Positions 31,601 through 40,175 of a DNA stretch of 64,000 nucleotides are shown in pieces (within the stretch, counting starts at the first letter, position 1; each line of letters starts with the position of its first letter). The notes beneath the pieces are model-generated. The model was not told where the DNA came from, did not search any database, and saw nothing but the letters and a program-made list of their open reading frames with translations. This stretch comes from a virus (taxonomy: Duplodnaviria; Caudoviricetes): positions 1-64,000 of IMG/VR virus record IMGVR_UViG_3300033073_001332; one strand, 5' to 3'. The position numbers and the translations under genes are program-made.

Positions 31601-34600
31601 CGGTTCTTCAGGTTCAAGTGGATTATCAGGAACAAATGGAACAAATGGAACATCAGGGTCTAGCGGTTCATCAGGAACATCAGGGTCTAGTGGTTCGTCA
31701 GGAACATCAGGCAGTTCAGGTTCAAGTGGTACATCAGGTACTAGCGGTTCAAATGGGACATCAGGTACAAACGGAACATCAGGTTCAAGTGGGTCAAGTG
31801 GTACTTCAGGCTCAAGTGGGTCAAGTGGTACTTCAGGCTCAAGTGGTTCAAGCGGTACTTCAGGAACTAGTGGTTCATCAGGGTCAAGTGGAAGTTCAGG
31901 TTTAAGTGGAACTTCAGGTTCTTCAGGCTCAAGTGGGTCTTCAGGCTCAAGTGGCTCTTCAGGTATAAATGGTACAAGTGGAACTAACGGAACGTCAGGT
32001 TCAAGTGGTTCTTCAGGTACTAGTGGGACAAATGGAACGTCTGGAACTAATGGAACAAGTGGTTCATCAGGTTCTTCAGGTTCCAGCGGAACAAGCGGAA
32101 CAAACGGTACTTCAGGTACAAATGGTACAAATGGAACTAACGGTTCTAATGGTACTAGTGGTTCTTCAGGAACTAGTGGAACTAACGGAACAAGTGGTAC
32201 AAATGGAACTTCAGGTACTAATGGTACAAGTGGTTCTTCAGGTATAAATGGTACATCAGGGTCAAGTGGCTCTTCAGGTATAAATGGTACAAGTGGTACT
32301 AATGGTACTTCCGGTACTAACGGAACGTCAGGAACTAATGGTACTTCAGGTACGAATGGTACTAGCGGCTCTTCAGGTTTGAGTGGTACATCGGGTAGTT
32401 CAGGAACTAGTGGTTCATCAGGTTCTTCAGGAGTTAATGGAACTGCAGGCTCTTCAGGAACAAGTGGTGTTGATGGTGTAACAGGAACAAGTGGGACATC
32501 AGGTACTAACGGTACTTCAGGTACGAATGGTACTAATGGTTCATCAGGAAGTAGTGGTAGTTCAGGTTTATCCGGAACATCAGGAAGCAGTGGGTCTTCA
32601 GGGTTGAATGGTACTTCAGGTACAAATGGTACTAGCGGTTCATCAGGTAGTTCAGGTTCAAGTGGATTGAATGGTACTTCAGGTACAAATGGCACTAGCG
32701 GTTCATCAGGTAGTTCAGGTTCAAGTGGATTGAATGGTACTTCAGGTACAAATGGTACTAGTGGTTCGTCAGGAACTTCGGGTAGTTCAGGTTCGAGTGG
32801 AACTAGTGGTTCTAGCGGGTCTTCAGGTACAAATGGGACATCAGGGTCTTCAGGTTCAAGTGGGTCTTCAGGTATAAATGGTACGTCAGGTACAAACGGA
32901 ACAAGTGGAACTAACGGAACAAGTGGTACGTCAGGCTCAAGCGGGTCTTCAGGTATAAATGGAACGTCAGGTACTAACGGAACTAGTGGAACATCAGGTT
33001 CAAGTGGTTCTTCAGGTTCATCTGGTTTAAATGGTACATCAGGTACAAACGGAACATCAGGTACAAACGGAACATCAGGTTCTTCAGGTTCTTCAGGGAC
33101 AAGCGGAACAAATGGTACATCAGGGACAAACGGAACATCAGGAACTTCAGGTAGTTCAGGTTCAAGCGGATTGAATGGAACTTCAGGCACTAATGGTACG
33201 AGTGGAACTTCAGGTTCAAGTGGGTCTTCAGGTTCTTCAGGTACAAGTGGAACAAATGGAACTTCAGGTTCAAGCGGAAGTAGTGGTTCATCAGGTATTA
33301 GCGGCACTAGTGGAACAAATGGTACTAGTGGGTCATCAGGTACTTCTGGCTCATCAGGAACATCAGGAACGAATGGTACAAGTGGAACAAACGGAACATC
33401 AGGTTCAAGTGGTAGTAGCGGAACATCAGGTAGTAGTGGTAGTTCAGGGTTAAATGGAACTTCGGGAACTAACGGTACAAGTGGTTCTTCAGGTTCTAGC
33501 GGCTCTAGCGGTTCGTCAGGAACAAGTGGAACTAACGGAACTTCAGGTACAAATGGAACTAACGGAACTTCAGGTACGAATGGGACTTCAGGTTCAAGTG
33601 GGTCTTCAGGTATAAATGGTACTTCTGGAACAAACGGCACTAGCGGGACAAACGGAACATCAGGAACTTCAGGTTCAAGTGGCTCATCAGGTATAAATGG
33701 AACTAGTGGTACCAATGGTACTAATGGAACATCGGGCTCAAGTGGTACTAGCGGAACATCAGGTAGTAGTGGAACTTCAGGTACTAATGGTACTTCGGGA
33801 ACGAACGGTACATCGGGAACTTCAGGTTCTAGTGGTTCTTCAGGAACTAATGGAACAAGTGGTACAAACGGAACTTCAGGAAGTAGTGGTAGCTCAGGTA
33901 CAAGTGGTACAAATGGTACATCAGGGTCTTCAGGTTCAAGCGGTTCTTCAGGGACTTCAGGAACAAATGGCACTAGTGGAACCAATGGTACTAATGGAAC
34001 ATCGGGTTCTAGTGGAAGTAGTGGTACGAGTGGTTCATCAGGTAGTTCGGGAATAAATGGTACATCAGGTACTAATGGTACATCCGGTACTTCTGGTTCA
34101 AGTGGTAGTTCAGGTTCTAGTGGTACATCTGGAACAAATGGTACTTCCGGTACTAATGGAACAAGCGGTTCTTCGGGTAGTAGTGGTACTAGTGGTAGTT
34201 CAGGTTCAAGTGGATTGAATGGTACTAGCGGTACAAATGGTACTTCAGGGACAAGTGGTTCATCAGGCTCATCAGGTTCTAGTGGAACATCAGGTACGAA
34301 TGGAACTAGCGGAACTAACGGAACAAGTGGTACATCAGGGTCTTCAGGTATAAATGGAACTTCTGGTACATCAGGAAGTTCAGGTTCAAGCGGAACATCA
34401 GGAAGCAGTGGGTCTTCAGGTACAAGTGGTGTAAGTGGAGCATCAGGTACTTCAGGAACTAATGGTACAAATGGAACTTCAGGTTCTTCAGGTTCTTCAG
34501 GAAGTAGTGGTATTAACGGTACTTCAGGAACAAACGGTACATCAGGAACTAACGGAACAAATGGTACTTCGGGAACAAATGGAACTAGTGGTACTAGCGG

Positions 34601-37600
34601 AAGTAGTGGAAGTTCAGGAACTAGTGGTACCAATGGTACATCAGGAACTAACGGAACATCAGGTACTAACGGAACATCAGGAACCTCAGGTTCAAGTGGT
34701 TCGTCAGGATTAAATGGTACTAGCGGTACAAATGGCACTTCTGGAACAAATGGGACTAGCGGCACTTCAGGTTCAAGTGGTTCTTCAGGAATAAACGGTA
34801 CTTCAGGTACAAATGGTACTAGTGGTACTAACGGAACATCAGGTACTAGTGGTAGTTCAGGTTCTTCGGGAATCAATGGAACTTCAGGTACAAACGGAAC
34901 TAATGGGACATCAGGAACAAATGGAACATCAGGAACAAGTGGAAGTTCGGGTTCATCAGGAATAAATGGGACTTCAGGAACTAGTGGTTCATCTGGCTCA
35001 AGCGGAACGTCAGGTACAAATGGAACTAGCGGAACAAACGGTACAAATGGGACTAGTGGTACTTCGGGAAGTTCAGGTTCATCAGGATTGAATGGTACTA
35101 GTGGAACTAACGGGACTAGCGGCACATCGGGGTCTTCAGGTAGTAGTGGTTCGTCAGGTAGTTCAGGTACTAGTGGTACAAACGGTACTTCGGGCACAAA
35201 CGGTACCAATGGAACTAGCGGTACATCAGGAAGTTCAGGTTCATCAGGTATAAATGGTACTAGCGGTACAAATGGTACTTCTGGAACTAATGGTACGAGT
35301 GGGACTTCAGGTTCTTCAGGTAGTTCAGGTACTAGTGGAACAAACGGTACTTCAGGTACTAATGGTACAAACGGTACTAATGGAACTAGCGGTTCAAGTG
35401 GGTCTTCAGGATTGAATGGTACATCAGGTACTAACGGTACTAGCGGTGTTAATGGAACATCAGGAACGAGTGGAAGTTCAGGTTCATCAGGATTGAACGG
35501 TACTAGTGGTACAAATGGTACATCAGGTGCGAACGGAACATCTGGTACGAGTGGTTCATCCGGTAGTTCCGGATTGAATGGTACGTCAGGTACTAACGGA
35601 ACTTCAGGTACTAACGGCACTTCAGGAACTAATGGTACGAATGGTACAAGCGGAACAAATGGTACATCAGGTGCGAACGGAACATCTGGTACGAGTGGTA
35701 GTTCAGGTTCTTCAGGCACAAATGGAACATCAGGAACTAATGGAACAAGTGGTGTAAACGGTACATCGGGTACAAGCGGTTCTTCAGGTTCAAGTGGTAC
35801 GTCAGGTACTAATGGTACGAGTGGTACGAATGGAACATCAGGTGTTAACGGAACAAGTGGTACATCAGGCTCAAGTGGAAGTTCAGGTACTTCAGGAACT
35901 AACGGTACAAGCGGTACAAACGGGACTTCAGGTACTAGTGGTACAAATGGTACATCAGGAGTGAATGGAACTTCAGGTACTAGTGGTAGTTCGGGGTCAA
36001 GTGGAACTTCAGGTTCATCTGGTTCGAGTGGAACTTCTGGTACATCGGGTTCGAGTGGGACTTCAGGTACGAGTGGTAGTTCAGGTTCTAGTGGTTCTTC
36101 AGGTTCTAGTGGAACATCAGGTTCTAGTGGTAGAAACGGAACTAATGGTACTAACGGAACTTCAGGTACAAACGGTACTAATGGTACTAGCGGTACAAAC
36201 GGTACTTCAGGAACTAATGGTACCAATGGTACTAGCGGTACAAATGGTACTTCAGGTACTAACGGCACAAATGGGACATCAGGTACAAGTGGTTCATCAG
36301 GTTCAAGTGGTACTTCAGGAACAAACGGAACTAGTGGTGTAAATGGTACGTCAGGTACAAGTGGTTCATCAGGCTCAAGCGGAACATCAGGTACTAATGG
36401 TACTAGTGGCGTAAATGGAGCTAACGGTACATCAGGAACCAACGGAACTTCAGGTACAAACGGAACGAATGGAACTAGTGGTGTGAATGGAGCTAACGGT
36501 ACATCAGGAACAAATGGAACTAGTGGTTTGAATGGTGCTAACGGAACTTCAGGTACAAATGGAACTTCAGGGACAAACGGAACGAATGGTACTAGTGGTA
36601 CTAACGGAACATCAGGTACAAATGGCACTAGTGGTGTGAATGGAACAAGCGGTTCTTCGGGTTCAAGTGGTTCATCGGGTAGTTCAGGTTCATCGGGTAC
36701 TAGTGGAACAAATGGTACTTCAGGTTTATCAGGAGCTGCGGGTACTTCTGGAACTTCAGGTACTAATGGAACAAACGGAACTAGTGGTGCGAATGGTACT
36801 AATGGAACAAACGGAACTAGTGGTGTAAATGGGGCTAATGGTACAAACGGTACTAACGGAACTAGTGGTGTAAATGGAGCTAACGGGACTTCAGGTTCTA
36901 GCGGTTCTTCTGGTAGTTCAGGAACTAGCGGTGCTAACGGAGCTAATGGAACAAGCGGTTCTTCAGGTTCTTCAGGAACAAGTGGTGCCAACGGAGCTAA
37001 CGGAACTAATGGTACCAATGGAACATCAGGTTCAAGTGGTTCATCAGGTTCAAGTGGCTCATCAGGCACTAGCGGTGTAAATGGTGCTAACGGAACTAAT
37101 GGTACTAATGGAACAAGTGGTGTAAATGGAGCTAACGGAACAAATGGTACTAATGGAACAAGCGGTACAAATGGTACGAGCGGTGTGAATGGTGCTAATG
37201 GTACAAACGGTACGAGTGGTGTGAATGGGGCTAATGGTACATCAGGAACAAGCGGTTCTTCAGGTAGTTCAGGTTCTAGTGGTATTGATGGTCGAAGCGG
37301 TTCAAGTGGGGTAAGTGGTACAAATGGTACGAGTGGAACAAATGGAACGTCGGGAACTAATGGGACTTCAGGTACGAACGGAACGTCAGGTTCAAGTGGT
37401 AGTTCTGGAACTTCAGGTTTAGCAACACAAGTTGACGTACTTACTGGTACATCTGCAGGTCTTACATGGACTGAACCGGCAAATGCTAAAGCGGTATACG
37501 TAATGTGTATTGGTGGTGGTGCTGGTGGTGGTTCAGGAAGAAGAGGTTCTTCAGGGCTTGTTCGTGGAGGCGGCGGAGGCGGCGGAGGCGGAGGTATGAG

Positions 37601-38252
37601 TTTTGCAACCTTTAATGCGTCTGTTGTTTCTTCACCTGTTGCTTACACTTGTGGTACGGGCGGTGCTGGTGCTGGTTCAGTTGCTGTTGATAACACGAAT
37701 GGCTCAAACGGAGTTCAAGGGGGTCAAACAAACTTTGGAACGTTAATACTTGCTACAGGTGGCCTTGGTGGTGGGGGTGGTACTGCTTTAGGTAGTGGTG
37801 GAGCACCATCAGGCGCTAGTGGTTTAGGAATGATTTCAGCAGGAGGAACGGGACCTACGTCAAGTAGTACAGGAGCGGCAGGAACGATAGGAGGTTCTGC
37901 TAACTTTGCAGGTGGTTCTGGTGCTTCAGGAGGAGGAATTACAACAGGTAACGCGACAAGTGCAGGTGGTGTAGGTGGTACTGTTACATTTATCACGGGT
38001 GGTGCTGTTGGTGGAACTGCAGGTGCTGCTGGTGGTGGTGTCGGTGGTGCTGGAAACACAAATACACCTTCTTATATTGGTACTGGAGGTGGTGGTGGTG
38101 GTTCTAACACTGGAGGAAATGCAGGTGCTGGTGGAAACGGTGGTCTTTACGGTGGTGGAGGTGGAGGCGGTGGTGCTTCGACAAACGGTTTCGGAAGCGG
38201 CGGTGGAGGCGGCGGCGCTCAAGGTATGATTTTAGTTATCACATATTTTTAA
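28662..38252 (+). CDS. giant Gly-X-Y (Ser/Thr/Asn) repeat fibre protein with glycine-rich C-terminal domain
   Basis: 3196-aa open frame; MANKRISELP-type N-terminus, YVTGGTY repeats, about 930 GxY triplets, C-terminal CIGGGAGGG..GAQGMILVITYF domain. Confidence 0.88.
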   Translation: MANKRISELPYLPKSGITSGDLVPLVTYYSAVTGDTVHTYMSDLQDYLLTGVSFSDVYVTGGTYNKTTGVQTFTNSTGGTFTVTGITDFYVTGGTYTSGSSTLNLFLNGGNSVSITGLTTSIGSAGTSGTNGTSGTDGTSGINGTSGTNGTSGTNGTSGTNGTNGSSGSSGSSGTSGTSGSSGSSGADGTSGTNGTSGTNGTSGTNGTDGTSGTNGTDGTSGTSGSSGTSGSSGSSGLSGTSGSSGINGTSGTSGSSGSSGTSGSSGSSGSSGSSGTSGSSGSSGTSGSSGINGTSGSSGSSGSSGSSGSSGISGTSGSSGTSGLSGVNGTSGTSGSSGLNGTSGTNGTSGSSGSSGSSGSSGSSGSSGISGTSGSSGTSGSSGSSGSSGSSGTSGSSGSSGLSGSSGSSGSSGTSGSSGINGTSGSSGSSGSSGSSGTSGSSGSSGTSGSSGSSGINGTSGTSGSSGTSGSSGSSGTSGSSGSSGSSGSSGTSGSSGSSGINGTSGTSGSSGLSGTSGSSGSSGTSGSSGSSGSSGTSGSSGLNGTSGTSGSSGSSGSSGLSGTSGSSGTSGTSGSSGSSGSSGSSGTSGSSGSSGTSGSSGLSGTSGSSGSSGSSGSSGSSGTSGSSGSSGINGTSGSSGLSGTSGSSGTSGVSGASGTSGTNGTNGTSGSSGSSGLSGTSGSSGSSGTSGSSGSSGSSGLSGTNGTSGTNGTNGTSGTNGTSGTNGTSGTNGSSGTSGTNGTSGTNGTSGTNGTSGSSGSSGSSGSSGTSGSSGSSGTSGSSGSSGSSGTSGSSGSSGSSGSSGSSGINGTSGTNGTSGSSGTSGTNGTSGTNGTSGTNGTSGTNGTSGSSGSSGSSGTSGTNGTSGTNGTSGTNGTSGTNGTNGTSGTNGTSGTNGTSGSSGSSGLNGTSGSSGSSGSSGSSGTSGSSGSSGLSGTSGSSGTSGSSGSSGTSGTSGSNGTSGTNGTSGTSGSSGSSGSSGSSGLSGTNGTNGTSGSSGSSGTSGSSGSSGTSGSSGSSGTSGTSGSNGTSGTNGTSGSSGSSGTSGSSGSSGTSGSSGSSGTSGTSGSSGSSGSSGLSGTSGSSGSSGSSGSSGSSGINGTSGTNGTSGSSGSSGTSGTNGTSGTNGTSGSSGSSGSSGTSGTNGTSGTNGTNGTNGSNGTSGSSGTSGTNGTSGTNGTSGTNGTSGSSGINGTSGSSGSSGINGTSGTNGTSGTNGTSGTNGTSGTNGTSGSSGLSGTSGSSGTSGSSGSSGVNGTAGSSGTSGVDGVTGTSGTSGTNGTSGTNGTNGSSGSSGSSGLSGTSGSSGSSGLNGTSGTNGTSGSSGSSGSSGLNGTSGTNGTSGSSGSSGSSGLNGTSGTNGTSGSSGTSGSSGSSGTSGSSGSSGTNGTSGSSGSSGSSGINGTSGTNGTSGTNGTSGTSGSSGSSGINGTSGTNGTSGTSGSSGSSGSSGLNGTSGTNGTSGTNGTSGSSGSSGTSGTNGTSGTNGTSGTSGSSGSSGLNGTSGTNGTSGTSGSSGSSGSSGTSGTNGTSGSSGSSGSSGISGTSGTNGTSGSSGTSGSSGTSGTNGTSGTNGTSGSSGSSGTSGSSGSSGLNGTSGTNGTSGSSGSSGSSGSSGTSGTNGTSGTNGTNGTSGTNGTSGSSGSSGINGTSGTNGTSGTNGTSGTSGSSGSSGINGTSGTNGTNGTSGSSGTSGTSGSSGTSGTNGTSGTNGTSGTSGSSGSSGTNGTSGTNGTSGSSGSSGTSGTNGTSGSSGSSGSSGTSGTNGTSGTNGTNGTSGSSGSSGTSGSSGSSGINGTSGTNGTSGTSGSSGSSGSSGTSGTNGTSGTNGTSGSSGSSGTSGSSGSSGLNGTSGTNGTSGTSGSSGSSGSSGTSGTNGTSGTNGTSGTSGSSGINGTSGTSGSSGSSGTSGSSGSSGTSGVSGASGTSGTNGTNGTSGSSGSSGSSGINGTSGTNGTSGTNGTNGTSGTNGTSGTSGSSGSSGTSGTNGTSGTNGTSGTNGTSGTSGSSGSSGLNGTSGTNGTSGTNGTSGTSGSSGSSGINGTSGTNGTSGTNGTSGTSGSSGSSGINGTSGTNGTNGTSGTNGTSGTSGSSGSSGINGTSGTSGSSGSSGTSGTNGTSGTNGTNGTSGTSGSSGSSGLNGTSGTNGTSGTSGSSGSSGSSGSSGTSGTNGTSGTNGTNGTSGTSGSSGSSGINGTSGTNGTSGTNGTSGTSGSSGSSGTSGTNGTSGTNGTNGTNGTSGSSGSSGLNGTSGTNGTSGVNGTSGTSGSSGSSGLNGTSGTNGTSGANGTSGTSGSSGSSGLNGTSGTNGTSGTNGTSGTNGTNGTSGTNGTSGANGTSGTSGSSGSSGTNGTSGTNGTSGVNGTSGTSGSSGSSGTSGTNGTSGTNGTSGVNGTSGTSGSSGSSGTSGTNGTSGTNGTSGTSGTNGTSGVNGTSGTSGSSGSSGTSGSSGSSGTSGTSGSSGTSGTSGSSGSSGSSGSSGTSGSSGRNGTNGTNGTSGTNGTNGTSGTNGTSGTNGTNGTSGTNGTSGTNGTNGTSGTSGSSGSSGTSGTNGTSGVNGTSGTSGSSGSSGTSGTNGTSGVNGANGTSGTNGTSGTNGTNGTSGVNGANGTSGTNGTSGLNGANGTSGTNGTSGTNGTNGTSGTNGTSGTNGTSGVNGTSGSSGSSGSSGSSGSSGTSGTNGTSGLSGAAGTSGTSGTNGTNGTSGANGTNGTNGTSGVNGANGTNGTNGTSGVNGANGTSGSSGSSGSSGTSGANGANGTSGSSGSSGTSGANGANGTNGTNGTSGSSGSSGSSGSSGTSGVNGANGTNGTNGTSGVNGANGTNGTNGTSGTNGTSGVNGANGTNGTSGVNGANGTSGTSGSSGSSGSSGIDGRSGSSGVSGTNGTSGTNGTSGTNGTSGTNGTSGSSGSSGTSGLATQVDVLTGTSAGLTWTEPANAKAVYVMCIGGGAGGGSGRRGSSGLVRGGGGGGGGGGMSFATFNASVVSSPVAYTCGTGGAGAGSVAVDNTNGSNGVQGGQTNFGTLILATGGLGGGGGTALGSGGAPSGASGLGMISAGGTGPTSSSTGAAGTIGGSANFAGGSGASGGGITTGNATSAGGVGGTVTFITGGAVGGTAGAAGGGVGGAGNTNTPSYIGTGGGGGGSNTGGNAGAGGNGGLYGGGGGGGGASTNGFGSGGGGGGAQGMILVITYF
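29028..37421 (+). repeat. degenerate 9-bp coding tandem repeat (GGN-NNN-NNN)
   Basis: GTS/GSS/GTN/GIN/GLN/GVN/GAN triplets with synonymous variation. Confidence 0.95.
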
Positions 38253-40173
38253 TAGAGATATAAAAATCATAATATTTGCTACTAAAATCTTCATTGCAAG
38301 ACTTAATTTCATGGTTAGATTTATTGAATAAAGTGGTTTTAACTTGATTAATCATAACACCGACATTATCCGATAAAACACTTTCAAAATCATTATTTAG
38401 AATTTTAGGTGATGTCTTTAAAATGGATTTACCATATGTTATAAATTCGTATGGTAAACTATTAGTGTTGGTTGTAAAATCTAAAACTAAATCAGACATT
38501 AAAATAAAATCGTTATAATCCACACTTTCCAACCATAATCTACAATAAGTTGGTAATTTCATAATTACTTTTTTACTTTCTTCATCTTCATAATTTAAGT
38601 AATCAAAAAAATGAAATTCAACATTATTATTATATTGAAATGAATTGATTATTTTTTGTAAATTTTTAGGAATATCATATATATCATCAACAAAGCATAT
38701 TATATGTTTATGAGTATAATCTAATGAATATAATAAACAAGTTTTTATTTTTTCATGAAGTGGAATTTCATTTTTATTAAAATCATACCCCATATTTGGT
38801 ATATAAGATAATATGTTATTAGGCAATGGATAATCTATTTTTAAATCTTTATTAACATTAGAAAATAAATTAATCCCATCTTCTGATTTTATCACTTTCA
38901 AGTTTTGATTATTAAAAATTAAAGACATTAAATCATTAAATAATACATCATAGTTTGATGATTCATATTGACAGATATCAATATTATTTTTATTAATAAG
39001 ATTTAAAATTGATTCTATATTTTTATCAATTGTAATAAAATTTTTACTACCTATTATATTAATAATTTTATTAATCAAAGGTTGGTTATTTTTACCTTTA
39101 CCATTAAAATTTACTACGAAAAATTCAATACCCAAATCGGTATTATAAAGATATTGGATTCTTTTAAGTAAAATGTTGGTTTGACTATTTGTTATTATTT
39201 GAGGTATAAATAACATTACCTTGATTCTATCTTTATTGAATTTTTTAGTTGGTAAAATAATACCTGAGGTTTTTTCTATTAATTCTAAAACATCAGATAA
39301 ATCAAACTTATCTAAATCGTATTCTTTTGTTGTTATATATAACGTTTTAAAAATCTCCTCAAGTATATTACCATAACCAAAACTTTTTTTCAATCCCCAA
39401 ACATGTTTAATTTTATTAAAATTAAAATAATGATTTTCGTTCCACTCAGTTACAGGTGGACTCCATAAATTTGGGTGAAATACGTCATCAACAATGTATG
39501 AATTAAATTTTTGAGACATTAGAAGTCCGTAATCTTTTTGGTCTTTAGTTGATTTCATTGGCAACAACCATTGTTCTAAAAACGTAGTTTTTTGTGTGTT
39601 TGTTAATTCACACTCTTTGTTTTCGGATAAAATCTCATAAACAATTTCATACCAAGAGTCCAATAAGTTTTTATCATTCCAAAGTAGTAAAGCAACATTT
39701 GTTGGATTAACATTTAAGTCAAAATAATTAATATATTTTTCAGGAACAAAACTATCGAAATTAACATAAAAATTATATGGCTGAGACCAATCATAATTTT
39801 CTTCGTGGTATGCAACAAAAGATTTACTTAAGTCAAATTCTAACTCATCAGTTAACCACAAATCAGTATCAACCATAACAAAAGGTGGTTCTAACTTTGA
39901 GGAAATATATATCTTACAAAAACTCCAACAATTACTTCTATCTATATTTTTTGGGATGATATCAATTAACGAGGTATCAATTTTATCATATATTTTATCA
40001 ACTCCCCATTTTTTCAAACTTTCTAAATGTTCTTCATTACAATAAAGTTCAATCCTTCCATGATGTTTTTTCCATGTTAGTGCAGATATTGCTTGAATTG
40101 CAATTAATTCATCCTCCCATTCAATAGGACCTAATTTTTCAAAAACATGAACTCCTGTTAATTGTTGACCCAT
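38239..40173 (-). CDS. DUF6734-like/GT-A-type N-terminal domain fused to a degenerate GT4-like domain
   Basis: PFVMVDTD DxD-like motif; C-terminal half aligns by eye with the neighbour's GT4 domain. Confidence 0.7.
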   Translation of the reverse strand: MGQQLTGVHVFEKLGPIEWEDELIAIQAISALTWKKHHGRIELYCNEEHLESLKKWGVDKIYDKIDTSLIDIIPKNIDRSNCWSFCKIYISSKLEPPFVMVDTDLWLTDELEFDLSKSFVAYHEENYDWSQPYNFYVNFDSFVPEKYINYFDLNVNPTNVALLLWNDKNLLDSWYEIVYEILSENKECELTNTQKTTFLEQWLLPMKSTKDQKDYGLLMSQKFNSYIVDDVFHPNLWSPPVTEWNENHYFNFNKIKHVWGLKKSFGYGNILEEIFKTLYITTKEYDLDKFDLSDVLELIEKTSGIILPTKKFNKDRIKVMLFIPQIITNSQTNILLKRIQYLYNTDLGIEFFVVNFNGKGKNNQPLINKIINIIGSKNFITIDKNIESILNLINKNNIDICQYESSNYDVLFNDLMSLIFNNQNLKVIKSEDGINLFSNVNKDLKIDYPLPNNILSYIPNMGYDFNKNEIPLHEKIKTCLLYSLDYTHKHIICFVDDIYDIPKNLQKIINSFQYNNNVEFHFFDYLNYEDEESKKVIMKLPTYCRLWLESVDYNDFILMSDLVLDFTTNTNSLPYEFITYGKSILKTSPKILNNDFESVLSDNVGVMINQVKTTLFNKSNHEIKSCNEDFSSKYYDFYISIKNM

Positions 40174-40175
40174 AC

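Noticed and set aside
28946-37069. 2707-aa antisense Pro-rich ORF
   Set aside because: Shadow of the GxY repeat. A stop in this frame needs a sense codon starting TA or CA (Tyr/His/Gln), which the repeat lacks, so the frame is open by default.
29028-37421. CRISPR array, or DGR template/variable repeat
   Set aside because: No constant repeat with unique spacers, variation is synonymous and in-frame, and no cas or reverse transcriptase gene is in the window
29089-38229. Many short V/Q/L-rich alternative-frame ORFs inside the giant gene
   Set aside because: Frame-shifted readings of the 9-bp repeat with no independent start signals
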